Assembly (NCBI RefSeq): GCF_000497125.1
Contig: NC_090599.1
Span: 1,240,001 to 1,304,000 of the forward strand
Source: Spironucleus salmonicida
Taxonomy: Eukaryota
DNA: 64,000 bases
Direction: 5' to 3'
Numbering within the stretch: position 1 is the first letter of the stretch; the number at the start of each line of letters is the position of its first letter. The translations under genes were made by a program, and so were the position numbers. The notes beneath the pieces are model-generated. The model did not search any database, was not told where the DNA came from, and saw only the letters and a program-made list of their open reading frames with translations. This document shows positions 28,666 through 43,661 of the stretch, piece by piece.

Positions 28666-30264
28666 ATGATTGCTGTATTGACTTTTAGCTGTCAAATGCG
28701 TTCAGCTAGAGTTTAAATTAAAACATAAAGCGATTCTATAGAGTTCTACACGCAGCCGAGCCCCATCCTGGACGCCGACGAGACCATCAGCTGTCGGGCG
28801 CAGACCGGGAAGACCGCGGTTTACGAGATCCAGATTGGCACCAACACCTTCAGGTCGGAGTTCGTGGTCTACGACGCGTTCTAGGACAACGTTGTGGAGC
28901 TGCATCCGGTAGCGGGGTCCTCCGCCGAGAGCGCCAGCACCTTCGTCATCGCATCGTACATGATCACCTTCCTGGACAACAACCTGGACCAGACGGCGGC
29001 GGTGGGGCAGCTCATAGTGGTCATATACAACTACAATCAGTGCATTTACGATCCAACTATTTAGTATGAGTCGTTTACCTCAATCTCGGCCGTTGTGAAA
29101 ACTAATCCTAAGTGTATAGTTAAACCATCTGCATCAGTCATGTATATCCTTAATTTAGAAAACGATATAATAGTTTAGAAAAATATAACCTAGACAGATT
29201 TTGATTTTTCATCTTTCTCAGCCGAAAGCGCGAACTGTAAATCAGGTACAGACGCGTTTTAAAAACTTTGCTCCAATATTTCCCTGCAAATATCTGGTGA
29301 TAATTTTATTAGTCTACAACTCACGATCATAATACCAAAAACAATAAAAACCAAAAATAAGTATACCAACGATTATGGGGATGATGTTGATGAAGCTGTA
29401 ACTTTAAACTTTAATCTCATTTATATTATTCCTATTTCTAAACGTGATGTTACTGTAACATGTACATTATCCGACTAAGTGGGATTTTTAGAGGGTGTTG
29501 TGTATATCCACTAAATTCCTACCACACCAATATGTAATTTTGATACATATGATACGTAAACATTTTGGGTAACTGCTTCTGAACTTGCTGATGAAAGTGG
29601 AAAGAATTTCTAGCTATAATTCTATACTTAATAGGCATTTATGATCCATGGTTATTTTAGTTGTGAAACTTGGGAAATTTCAGGATATGAATCAATAGAA
29701 GAGTGTAATTTATAATTATTCTAGGTTAAAAGTTATCCTAGTAATATGTCTTAGGCTATTTCGTATAAACTATTTATTAAGAATGTTTTTTCAGGATCTT
29801 ATCGATTTAATTCAGATAATATTCCTGGTGGGGATTCAAATGCTACTATTACTTAAGGTTAAATGTGTGTTAAATTGAATAAAATTATACCAACTACACG
29901 AAATTTTATTTCAATATAGTTAAATATAAGCTAAACAGCAACATAATTTAATGAAAACAATGTATAAATAAGTCTAATAAACAGTTTCGAGTTTCCTTCC
30001 ATTGATAATACCTATTGTTTTACCATAGACAAATAATAAACATTAATTCTTAGTAAGTATGCTTTTTCAAGCTATTTTGGTGTCGTCTCAGCTGCAAGCA
30101 CATTATTGTAATTATAACAACTAGAAGTCTTAGCAGGGTACGATGTCTTCTATTAAGGGTGGATACTTATACTTGTTGCTATTGCTGTCTGTAGCATATT
30201 TATAATTATTAGGATTTTTATTTTGAAGAGATAAAATGTTAGTAATACTATTTATAAATATTGA
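28666..30264 (+). CDS. Type I membrane protein (532 aa), paralog B
   Basis: MIAVLTFSC N-terminus, TM WILILVAIAVCSIFIII; colinear with 16656-18254. Confidence 0.8.
28750..29122. repeat. 373-bp block identical (inverted) to 17798-18170
   Basis: Direct comparison. Confidence 0.95.
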
Positions 30265-31083
30265 GTTTATAATTTAGTAAGTGATATTCTATTATTAATA
30301 AATATCATTTTATATTAATTAATAATTTAATAAAACGATTTGAAAACTATTTATTTTCAACATAACGTAATTTAATTTTAAAAATATATGGTAAACATCT
30401 TCTAGCAATTGAATTTGGTTTTATAATTTTTAATAGCTTAGTTCTGATTATGATAAATTATAATTATATAATTTATTAGTGAGCATAATAATAGAAATTT
30501 TATGTCAGTATAAAGATAAATCTTATTATCTACTTCATTTTAGTTAAGGCATATGTAATAGTAAATACAAAATTTGTATTTTTCAAAATAAGTTAGATTA
30601 TATATTGAAATATAACTTATACATATTATGAATAGGAAATATTTTAGTATTCTAATAAGCTAAAATAAATCCTACATGTATTTTTTATAGAATTTTTTTA
30701 AAAGAAGATTAGTATTTTTATTGGAGTATTATGTATATATCTTTATATTAAGATAAATTTATTTTTGCATATAAAATCATTCTTAATTGTTCCTTAGTTC
30801 AATCTTATATGCAATTTAAATTCCTATTTATTCTAATTATTATTCCGTGTAAAATGTAAATTTCCATTGTATTTTCAAAATTACATCTGCAAGGTATTTA
30901 CTGTAATAACTAAATATATTATATACTTGCTTCTTCTGATTTTTTAACTACTAATTTAATAAGTGTACTTAATATAATTAAAGTTGAAACTTTTTCTGAT
31001 GATTTTTTATTTTTTATGATTTAGCAATATTTAATAAAATATTATAAAGTCCAATGATAAATATATATTAAATATTAGATGAA

Positions 31084-32415
<1,332 letters not shown>

Positions 32416-33499
32416 TTTTAGAATGGCCCACTTCCATATAAGGTTGATATGACATGTAAAATGAGAATTTGCTTAAACCAATTTGATAAATCACAAATAA
32501 AATATTAGATAATACAATATTAATTATTCGGAAATATGAATTGTTTCTATGTTTTTTGAAAAGCTATACTTTTAGTTATATTTGATTTTCTTTTTGATGA
32601 GTTTAACATTCAATTACGTTATGTTTAAGTTTTTAAAATTTATTCTATGCCTCTGATTTTCGGTTATATTATAATATATTTAAGTTTTCAATAGATATTC
32701 TTATGGTAAAACTAAGAATTATTACTTTCATTTTAAAATTATATATTAAAATAATTAAATTTATGGATTAAAATAACATAAATTAGTTGAAAATTCAACT
32801 ACGTCTTTGTATTACTTTATATAAACTTAATATTTTATTATCCATTCACAAAAATATTATAAACAGTTCATACTAAATTAATCTCTTTTTTACAAACTAA
32901 AAAGTTAATAAACTACATTAGTTGAAAATTAATCACATATGCCTATTTAAATTATAAAATATATTCTTATAAAACTATTTCCTTTTAGTTAAAATATATA
33001 TGATTCAAAATTAGATAGGATATGTTCTCAAATACTATATCCGCTTTAGCTACTATTAGAACTATACATTATGCATTTGACTTTTAAGTAAATTATCTTG
33101 AAATATTTCTATAAAAGCTAATGCCAAATATAATATGAGTAGAGCGTGATATGGTATGAAATAATTACAGACACTATTTTATAAATATAATTATCAAATT
33201 TTTAAGATAATTATATATTTTCTCTAGATATTCAAATCAATAAATTGAAGTATTTTTGTTTTATAATTAAACATTATTAATTGATTTAATTTTAATTTTA
33301 ATTTTAATTTAATTTAATTTGATAAGTTAGCAAAAACTGAAATATATGATATGCGCAAATATGATTTTTGTTATTTATTAATTACACTTTTATAGTATAT
33401 AATCTCTAAAATTTATTTGCTTTTATTACTATTTATTGTGAACTATCTTTCAATATTTTACCTTGTTGACTATACTAAAATCTTTTAGGATATTTTATA

Positions 33500-34467
33500 T
33501 GACTCACCAAATACAGAAGCCTATAACGCCAAGTATAGCAACTAACAGGGAACAACCGACAGTAGCTTCTGCAATTGTTCATCAATCTAAGTTATTATTT
33601 ATACATAGTGATCAAATTTTGATGGATCCTTCCACATAAGTATCATAACCATCATCATAAGACCATATGTTGTACTAAAGCAGAAGTTTGGTATATATAC
33701 TTTACCTTATATTAGGAAATATTACAAGTTTTGCGTTAGGGTTTACCTTTGTTATAAAAGGCACAGATGGATAAGATGCCAATGGAGCTACCAGATATAA
33801 AACTAAGTTTTTGAACAAAATTTTATCATATTTCTGTATCAGAAATATGGCATAAGGTGGATTTTACGTCGAATATTTTACATTTACCGCTTGGTATACA
33901 TTTGGTGCGCACCAACATAAACCTGGTGGACCAGTTTTCCATAGTGATGTGCGTGGGATTACCATAGCGTTACACTACTGTCAAGCATTTTTCGTAACGC
34001 AGGACTACCACACTGGATAAAATGTATTCGCACAGCGCTTGTAATTAGCTGGTTCGGTAGAGTCGCATACAGTGCACTTTGAGACTTGGATCAGGCACGC
34101 ATCATTGATTGGCTATCTAACCTCGAGTAGGAAATGTCTTACTTGCATGCCGTGATGTTTCTTGGTTGCTGCTAGAACATATGGCCCAGCTTAGAATAAG
34201 TAAGATGCTAGTTTTGCATTTCACGCACTTGTTGGATGCCGCGATATACGCTTCCGAGCACAAATTCTCAGAGCAGGCTGTACATGTATCTGGGATAAAA
34301 CCTTCGCAGTTGAGCAATGGGAAGTGCGGCCCAATAATAATTCCTAAGAACGCAGTCATAGCATACAGACACCGATTCAGCGTTGCATATCCTGCATGTA
34401 AAATCATCCCCATAGTAGTAGACCCTGAGTATATCAGCTAGTTTGGATTTGAATATTTGCCTTGCAT
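33500..34467 (-). pseudogene. Degenerate cysteine-rich membrane protein, paralog of 13659-15917
   Basis: Upstream region and GDDFTCRICNAES, TCTACSEN, NKCVKCKT align to the intact CRMP but lie in different frames with deletions and TGA stops; TM remnant near 33510-33570. Confidence 0.75.
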
Positions 34468-35030
34468 TTTGGAAGAAGTGGGAAAGAGCTGACAATGCAA
34501 TACTTAGTGTTGCGGATAATACAAAATAAAGTTCGCTAGAATATGCAATTTATAATTCAATTAGATGGCCTGAAAGGTGGATCATCCCGAATAAAGCTAG
34601 TATACGCTATAATCGTCTAAACTTAGTGTGGTGGATACCTTAATTTGCTCACATTTAGGTTTACTCATACAATGCCCATCCACATAGTAATGTTTCTCCT
34701 ACTTGTAAATATTAGTTTCCCAGTTACCATTTGACTACTAAAAGACCATAACCTCCTATTTCGCTATATAACCAGTACAACTCATAATCTCCCAATTTCA
34801 GTTTGCATGATAAACTACAAAATCAGTTACCATCCAAGCAATAGCGTAAAGATAATCCATTCTCTGCAAAGCAAGCTAATTCTTTCCGAACTTACTTTTC
34901 TAGGAACCTCCTAATCTTTAGCATCCACCGTTCAGAGGCTTTGTTGCATGTCTGCACAGTGCTTCTATTATTTGCAGCTACCAGACCGTCTCAGCATGCC
35001 AAATCTGATCCTGCACTGCCCGAAACCATC

Positions 35031-35402
35031 TCACTCGACCTTAAACGACATTTTGACCCCCATTCCGCTCAGTTCGCTAACGAGCACCAGACACACCTTA
35101 GGCATGATGCACTTCTTCAAGGCCCCTTAGCACACTTGGCACTTTCCGCCCTGGATCCAAATTCCGCCGCAATCCTCACAGATCTCCACGATTCTGCCGT
35201 CGCTTTCCGTGCACAATCTGCCCCTTAACAGAGCTGTCTTGCCATAGTTGATTACAGCATGTATCTCTATTTTCCTAACAAATAATACACTACGTTTAAT
35301 CGCCTATTAGTAACTTTATATTTTCAACCAATCACAACTAGCCCTAATCATTATAATTTTAATATGAGGTTCATTAACTTATGTATTCAATAACTGATTC
35401 AT
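35031..35402 (-). pseudogene. RPA2 C-terminal (clamp/Zn-ribbon) fragment within a 123-aa ORF
   Basis: ...[49 protein letters not shown]...KMSFKVE*; the last 68 aa are nearly identical to RPA2 and the upstream part is heavily diverged. Confidence 0.75.
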
Positions 35403-35729
35403 TTTAAAAATAATTTTTACTAGTTTTTCTATTTGTTCCCATTTAAATGCAATATATCATCATTTAACTTATTTTTAGACGTATAAACCATCGAAACTTT
35501 GACTTTTATTTAAAAACTACTATTTTTCTTATTTAAACGGTAGCGATTTAAGGCTCCATTCAGCACATTATCAATTAAACAAAATAAGCATTCAAAATGA
35601 GCTTAAACTAAAATTAATACTACTTTAAAAGTTTACTTTCTACTACTTAAACCATCAATAATAACGTTTTTTATCTCTCTCGCCATTAAAATTACACATA
35701 ATTTGAACTAATTCTTTCAATCGGAGTTA

Positions 35730-36722
35730 TCATTGTGAATTGAAATCAATTTTCCACTCCACCCCTCCAACCTTCAGAATTTGCTCTAAAAATAAACGAT
35801 TTTGCGCCAACTAAAAGAGTACCTTTTCGCGATCGAAACCATCCTGACCCAGAAAATCTGAATCGTCCAAAATCGCTTGCAAAAGCGATCGGACGGGCTT
35901 GTTTTTCTTTTGTAAAACCTCTAGATTTTAAATTTCAGTCGAATTGCGCATTTTTGCCAATTTGAGGCAATAAATGAGAATTTTCTATTTTTGTGACATT
36001 GAAATCAACTTTTCATTCCCAATCCAAGAAGTGTCAATTTGCTTTTTATTCTGTAAAAGCTGGCTCAAAATTGTCCCTGTTGCATCCTGATTCAAATTCA
36101 ATTCTAATTTTTCGCTTCTTATTTTACAATTTTTTAGAAAGGTTTTTATAACGTTCAGTTCATGTAATTTGCAGTCAATTTAGCTCTTCAGAAAGCCCAA
36201 TTCTTCGTGGCACTATTTACAAATTTTGCGATTCAAAAATTGATTTTCCGTTTCTTTTTGGTCAATTTCGCGGACCATAAAAAATTCATTGAATAATGAT
36301 TTGCCCAGAAGCTCTTTTAATAGGTTGTCTTTATTGATTTATTTTCGCTGAATTTCGATTTTTCGCTGCTCGCATTCCTGAATAATAGCTCGAAATTCAA
36401 TATTGAGTCGCTCGCGGAGTTGAACTTCTGTAAGGAATGCATTTTCGTTCCTTTTATCAGCACCTGTCTAAATAAAATTTTACATCAAATTAGCTGTTGC
36501 TAGGCGGGAGAATAAAGATGGCGAAGATGTGTCGAATTAGGAGAATTTCTAAACCTTTTGGTCTATATGTGTGTTCTCTTCTTTTAGGGCATTAATTTAC
36601 TAGCGTTAAATTGTTATAAGGTTTTGTGAATTTGATATTTATTATTACAGAGATGTAATAGTTGTCTAAAGTTGTTCATTTAAAGCGTGTGTTTGTTTGG
36701 TGAGTTTTCGATTATCTGTCAT
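35730..36722 (-). CDS. Hypothetical protein with N-terminal coiled coil (330 aa)
   Basis: Open frame from ATG 36722 (MTDNRKLTKQ) to TGA 35730 with TAR=Gln. Confidence 0.65.
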
Positions 36723-37214
36723 TTTTTGAAGAATAATAATAGTAATACGATATAATATTAGCTTAAATTTACTTAACATAATGTATTATTTAATATTTAA
36801 ATTATTTATTTATGTATATACTTACTATAGAAAATATCAAGTAGAAAACTGATATATATTAGCTTAATAAAAATTATGTGTATACGGAACTTTTAATTGA
36901 AGATATTAAACTACTTAAATACAAAATCAAAAGCAGTAAGAAAAGTTATAATATGACAGAACGTCAAAAACGTATATATTAAGTTTATAATAATATAAAT
37001 AAAGATATTTAAGATTAATAAAATTAATTAGAATTCTGTTAGTTACTTTTGAAAAAAATCTTTAAATATAGTTATAATAAAATATAACAGTAAAATTGAT
37101 TGAGTTTTTAAGCTTCTAATATTATTGATATTTTATCTTATATACGCGACAATTCAAAATATAATGAATGGTTAAAGTTTTTAATATTACACATATTATC
37201 ATCCGTAGATTAAA

Positions 37215-37772
37215 ATGAAGGTTCCTCTATCTACAAAATTTTATACAATGAGTTCAGTGGAAAATAAGAACCAAAATCCTCTTAGATCTAATTTTTACAG
37301 TTAGACACAACAACCATAAAAGTAAGTATCTAAAATAAATTATTCTTAGAATAATTAAAATATTTTTAAAGTAGAAATACCTTAGCCTAAGTTTCAATCA
37401 AATTTGGTTAATTCTTTTATACCTAAATCATAAACATGTGGTAATAATACTCCATTTATGACTATCAAATCATTAGATATATAAATGTAACCATTTATGA
37501 ATTAGCAAAAGGTGAGACCATAGTCTGCTAAACCTAGTAGAAAATCAAAAGAAGTTAATGATGAACTAACTATAACCTAATTATAAACACCAAGGAAAGT
37601 AGTTTATAAATCTTAAATTTAAACTTAAAACAGATTTTAACGAGTAAAATCAGCACAATCATTTACTCCATAATATAATGGTTCATCCAAGTGTTAGTAG
37701 GATGCTAGGGTTTAAGTTTTCTAGAATTAAACATCCTCAAGATTATCAATAGATGATTTTGAAATTATCTGA
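37215..37772 (+). CDS. Hypothetical low-complexity protein (185 aa)
   Basis: Open frame, Q/S/N-rich, contains RPQSAK. Confidence 0.55.
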
Positions 37773-37837
37773 ATTTCATATTTACTATTCGTATATTTAA
37801 TATTATAATAGTACCATTCCTATTCCCATTCCTTGAA

Positions 37838-39148
37838 ATGAACTTAACTTATTCAGTACTTTGCCATAGTTGTGGTACTGCTATCGATCCTAATCCTGCC
37901 ACACTATGCATGAATTGTTTGAAAAATTAAACTAACCTAGCTGAGCCAGTCGATGCGGAGTAAATTATTCATTTTTGCAGGTAATGTGAACGCTTTTGCA
38001 CTGAGCAGGGAAAATATGTACCAGCTGCTTTAGAATCTACTTAACTTTTAGGTATTTGTTTGAAAAAAATAAGAGGTCTAAAAGGGCTTAAAATTAAAGA
38101 TGCTGCTTTCTTATGGACTGAGCCACATTCAAAGCGTATTAAAGTTAGACTCACCCTCCAAAGAGAAATATATAATATTTTAATTGAATAGGATCATGTT
38201 TGCACTTTTACTCAACATGTCACAATGTGTGACGAATGCTAGTATACATATACTGATCATACGTGGACATATTAAGTTCAACTTAGATAGAAAACATAAC
38301 ATAAGAGAACATTCTTATATCTTGAACATGAAATTGTGAAAAATAAGGATAAATTGCATTTTACTGATGTTATTAAATAACCTGAAGGAATTGACTTCTG
38401 CTTTAAGTAAAAATCTAGCTGTAATAAATTTATAGACTTTGTCCATACCAGAGCACCTGGAATTCATCATTAAAGTGACAAAATGGTGTCTGCTGATATA
38501 AAGTCCAATACTGCATACATTAAACATTCTGTAATTTTCAACCTAGCTATTATTTCAAAAGATGATTTAGTTATTGTCCCAAAGAAGTTACGTCCTTTAA
38601 TTGGACATATTGGACCTGTATGTATAGTTTATAAAGTTAACTAACGTATTCACTTGGTTGACCCTTTAACAGGTAGTACTGGATCTTTAACTGCCGCTTA
38701 ATATTTTTCTGCATAATTTTCATCTGTTTAATCACGTAAAAATCGTATTAAAGCCTATATTTGTGAAACAGAAGAAGGTGGTATGTCTGTCCAGACTGAT
38801 ATAGATTCAGAATTGAGCGAAGTTCACTACTGTAGAAGTCATATTGTCAATGCTAAAGAGGATACATTTTGCTGGGTTTACTAAGCCGATTAAATTGATT
38901 TTAACAGTGAAAGTGAATTAAACAGGGGTTTTGAGGTTAATTAGAAATATTATATCATTAACAGGGCTTAAAACGTTGAGAAAAAGCGTAAATAGCTAAA
39001 AGATGAATGTCATGATGAAGAAATGGGATACTAGGATGATGATTACGAAGCAGTTGCTGAAATGCTCGACGAAGATGATCAAGGAGAACTTTTAGAAGAT
39101 GAAGTGCTGATAGAAGGGAATGGATATTGCCCTGATATTGATGAGTGA
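37838..39148 (+). CDS. NMD3: 60S ribosomal export adaptor NMD3
   Basis: LCHSCG...NPATLCMNC, AFLWTEPHSKRIKV, QLRQKTQHKRTFLYLE, acidic tail. Confidence 0.95.
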
Positions 39149-39157
39149 TGAGTATAA

Positions 39158-39463
39158 TCATTTGGGTACAAAAATTTCAGGGTGCTTATCTATAACATTA
39201 ATAAATTATGATAAAACTTCCTTTTATGGTTAATCTTGACATTCTTTAGCCCATATAATTTCATTCTTCATATCTAAAAGCACCATATACCACATATTTA
39301 TTACTAACTTATCACCTTTCACTGCAAAGTTTAATTCAAATTCTTATTGATCTATATCAATTAAATTTATGTCAGGCTCAATAGCCAATACTTTAACTAA
39401 CATCATTTAAACGTTATCAGATTCGGTTTCAAGTTTTGTTACAGTTTCCACAGCTTTGAACAT
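39158..39463 (-). CDS. Small protein (101 aa), possible RPA3/RPA14-like OB fold
   Basis: Size, beta-strand pattern and C-terminal helix FINVIDKHPEIF resemble RPA14. Confidence 0.45.
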
Positions 39464-40429
39464 TCTGTAAGAAGCGAAAAAATATGTTACTTACTTATAA
39501 ATAATAATATATAATTAAAACCAGTATTGCTTAATTGAAATTCTCAATTTGATTAAAATACATTTTATTTAAACCAAAATTTTAATCAAATGATAATAAA
39601 CAATATACTTATTCATTATGTGATATTTACCTTTTTAATGTTATTGATATAGGTCAATTGTTTGATATTTAATTAAGAGTACGATAATAAATTTCTCAAA
39701 ATTCTCACCCAAAATATTTAAATACAAACAATGTAAGTTACATTACCTAATAGGAGATTATATTAAAAATAAAAATATTAAGATTTATTAGTTCACTTTC
39801 TTTATTCCAAATTAAATTAAATATTTAAATTTAGTATAATATTATATATTGTATTTTGATTACTAAATTTAGTATAAATCACTGCATTAAATTTTATTTA
39901 TTTTATAGTGCGATAAGAATCCTATGATGATGTATATAACTAATGAATGTTAATATTATTTTTATATAACACTAAGTTATATGAAGAAAATCTAACTTTT
40001 GTTTTCGTTTATATTTCATACTGCAGAAATAAGTATTTAATTCAAGAAGTAGTGATATTAATAAAATTATCATGTTTAAAACAATAACACGTGATACTAT
40101 ATTTATAAATTATTGTATTGAGCTATATTAAGAGAAATATTTTATAGTAAATTTTATTATAAATATTATAAATTATTACTAATAAATTAATGAATATTAT
40201 AATTTAAATTATTTCATTAACTTAATTTTTAAATAGGATATTATAATTATAAGTTTTACTCAATTGTTAAATAATAAATACTATATTGTATGTTAAAATA
40301 ATATAGGGAGAAAAACATCATATTTATTAAGTATATTGTAATGAAGTAAAAATAAGTAACTTATTTTACAAAAACTAAAAAAATAGTTCCTAGTATAAAC
40401 ATATAAATAGCTATGGATTATTTTATTAA

Positions 40430-41293
40430 ATGAATGATGCTGGAACATGCACAAGATTCAATGCAAACTGTAAAAAAAATCATTTCTGCCCAGCAGTTGA
40501 TTCTGATACTGCATCAGTTCCATGTTTACCATGTACTGACAATATGATTCTTGGATAGGGGTGTTATTGTGTAGATTTCACAGCAATAACTAATTGTAAG
40601 GGTTGTAATGAAGCTGTATGCACGGAATGTTTATCTGGAACTTATTTAAGTAGAAATAGATGTGAAAACTGTTAGAAAGGTTGTAGCAAATGCACTAATG
40701 CTAACACATGTACAGAATGTATGAAAGGATATGATTTAGACACTACCACCGGAGTGTGTAGTTTAATATGCAATAATAACAAACAGTGTTAGGATGCTAA
40801 GTTAGGTTATTGCAATGTAATTGATAGGAAATGTGTACCATGTGATTTAAAATGCGAAATATGTGGTTCTATAGAATTGTGTTATAAGTGCAATATTGTC
40901 GATTAAATTACGACTATAAGTGGTACTTGTACTCCCTATTGTAACTCTTTAAAACATGGTTAATATTGTGACAACGGTGTTGCTAAGCCGTGTACAAATA
41001 ATATCACTTCACAATGTTTTTGTAGTGCTTCTGCAAACTGTGCTACTTGTTCAGATGACAAATCTTAGTGTGCATCATGTTTACAAAATAGTATATTAAG
41101 TAGCCCTGGAAAATGTGATCAATGTGTGAAGGGATTTGAAAAAATTGGTAACATGTGCTGGCGAAGTGCTGCTTAATCTCAAAATAAAATTGGAGGAGGA
41201 GCAATCGCAGGTATAATCATAGCCATTATAATACTAATTGGAGCTGTAGGTGGTGGTCTTGCTTATTATTTTACAAAAAGAGCTAAGAGTTGA
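40430..41293 (+). CDS. Cysteine-rich membrane protein with short basic tail (CRMP1-type)
   Basis: CXXC repeats; C-terminus [33 protein letters not shown]. Confidence 0.92.
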
Positions 41294-41838
41294 TATTAAA
41301 TATGTTATATTGATTATTTATGTATAGGCCAAATATTGATAGAATAAAATAATTATATTCACTTATTAATTTTTAATTTTTACATAATTTTAGTATTGAA
41401 GGTATGCAGCATCCATCATAATATATTTGTAGTTATCGCAATAATGTTTATTGTTATTCCTTATTAGAATAATGTAAATATGTATTAAATAGTTTATACA
41501 ATTTTAATTTTAATATTATATCCGACTTACATAAAAAAATAGTGAAATAAACTGAAATTTATTTCTTTATCATACGTTAATTAATAGATATTTTTAGTGA
41601 ACTTTAGAAGAATAATTATATTTCCTAATATAATTATTGTATTCTTATTACATCTACAGATAGTTTAAATTGGTTTCGATAAATTCGATATTTAATATAA
41701 TTATGATCGCAATTAAATTATGAAAATATATTTTCTATATACTAGTTGTATTTACTTCTGTAATGTTATTAAAACAATTTTTAATTATTCGTACATATTA
41801 ATAGTATTTATTAATTTAATACAAATAAAAATAATAAA

Positions 41839-42336
41839 ATGCCTTCGAAAAATTTAGAGTTTAGTGCCAGAGAACATAGAGAGGCTTTTTCTACGGCATT
41901 CAATGTATAGTCTAAATTTATCGAAAATTAATTTAAGCTTAACTCAATTCCTATTTTATCATTTGATTAAAGTCAATTTCTTCCTCCGTAAATTAATATT
42001 AAGTCATAATATGTATCAAGCCCAATAAATAAAAGAAACATTTTAAATAATATCTAGAAGCTTTACTAAAGAGATGACTACGACCGGCTGTTCTACTCTG
42101 TGGGCGCGGCGCCGTTTTAGCTGAAGGGGAGGGTAGACAGCCTATACCGCAGGATTCAGGAGGAGCGCGCGCAGTCACCGCTCTAGGTCCACCACAGAGC
42201 CGCAGAGCCGCCAGCCAAGAAGCTGAAGCGCTTCGTGTCTGTGCCAGGATCGCTGCATGCGTCGCCGCGCGCTATGTCCTCTATGTCGGTGCGCTCCTAC
42301 GAGCCGCGGAGCTGCCAGCAAAGTCAGGTCCAGTGA
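41839..42336 (+). CDS. Hypothetical protein (165 aa), paralog A; C-terminal half inside the inverted repeat
   Basis: MPSKNLEFSAREHREAFSTAF...; ends CAGTGA; colinear paralog at 52995-53492. Confidence 0.75.
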
Positions 42337-42345
42337 GTTCTATCT

Positions 42346-43221
42346 TCACTCGTTCTTCCCAGGCTCCAGGTCGAACATTCCCACCAGCTTCAGGTACGCA
42401 TTAACCCCGATGAGGGCTTGAAGCAAACCGCTCGCATAGTTCAGCCAGCCGACCTTGACCACTCCCTGCTTCGAGGCCAGAGCGCGGGCAACCTGCTTGT
42501 TGCTGACCGAGAGCGGCGGCAGCATGCTAAGCTGCACCTTTTTGTTCGCGGCCTACATCTGGGGCTGCGCCATAAAGCGGGTCCCGCGCACCCCAACCGG
42601 GACCGCGACGCACACGCGCAAGTCCTTCCGCTCCATCAGTACCGCAGTGCCGAAGGTCTGAATCGCGGCCTTCGAAGCCGCGTAGAGCGAGAAGAAACGG
42701 GGCGGGAACGAGGCGCACAGCGAGGACGTAATGGTATAGTTTGTGAGGGAGGGCAGCTGCAGGAAGTAGTGCGACAGCAGGATGTGGGAGGTCAGGTTTT
42801 GGGCCAGGAACTCGGCGACCTGCGCACCCGAAAAGTCTGAAAAGCGGCGGTAATGGCCGCACCCGTGCAGAGAGTGGTAGTGCTGGATCTCGCTGGCCCG
42901 CAGGTCATGCTGCCGTAAAAAGGCCTCGAAGTGGCCCTAGAAGGTCGCGGTGTCGCTATAGTCGATCTGCATGGCGTAGACATCCGCGTTGGATTCAACC
43001 CATTCCGGTAGGACCGAGGTGCTCCTCGTCAGGAGAATGATCTTGAAGCTATTCTGTAGGATTTTGATTAGCTCGAGCCCGATACCGCCGGTACCGCCAG
43101 AAATAACCGCCAGGGGCTTGGCACCAGGGGCTGACCTGTAGCTGACAGTGTTGTAAGCCGACAGCGCGAAGGTGGTGAACGCGAGGAGCGCGAGAGCGAG
43201 GAGGGCCGCCTTGTACTGCAT
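42346..43221 (-). CDS. Membrane-anchored short-chain dehydrogenase/reductase, copy A
   Basis: N-terminal hydrophobic helix, ISGGTGGIG Rossmann motif, catalytic YAASK. Confidence 0.88.
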
Positions 43222-43661
43222 TTGCACTTAGCAGCGGATTATAACATATTATCGTATATGCTGCCTCGCCGAATGGACTGCTCGGCGGCCAGGTCTCTAT
43301 GCCAAGGCCGCGTGCACACTGCCTAGCCTCGATATGGCCTATGGGTGGCATCGGCGGTATTCGCCGCATTGCATGCTAGCAGGAAGTCAGCATATAGCCC
43401 AGCTGAAGTCTTTCGCCGCGGAAGTCAGTTTGATGGCAAATCGCGGGATGGGGAGCTAGAAGTTGGCTGCACGCGGCCGAACTAACGTTCCATCGCGGTT
43501 TCAGCGCGTCTACCTCAGGCTTCCAGCGCCCTGGCCACGTTGGCAGGTTGCCGGGTGAGCGCTGCTTAACGCTGGGGCGCCAGTAGCTAACGGTGCGGGG
43601 ATACTTGAAGCCCTGAGCCACCTAAGTGGTGAATTCCCGCATCGCACTAATTGGACATTGC

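Noticed and set aside
33285-33320. (TTTTAA/TTTAA)n run
   Set aside because: Short simple repeat in AT-rich intergenic DNA.
35031-36722. Fusion of the 36722 gene to the RPA2 tail
   Set aside because: TGA stops at 35730 and further downstream interrupt the frame.
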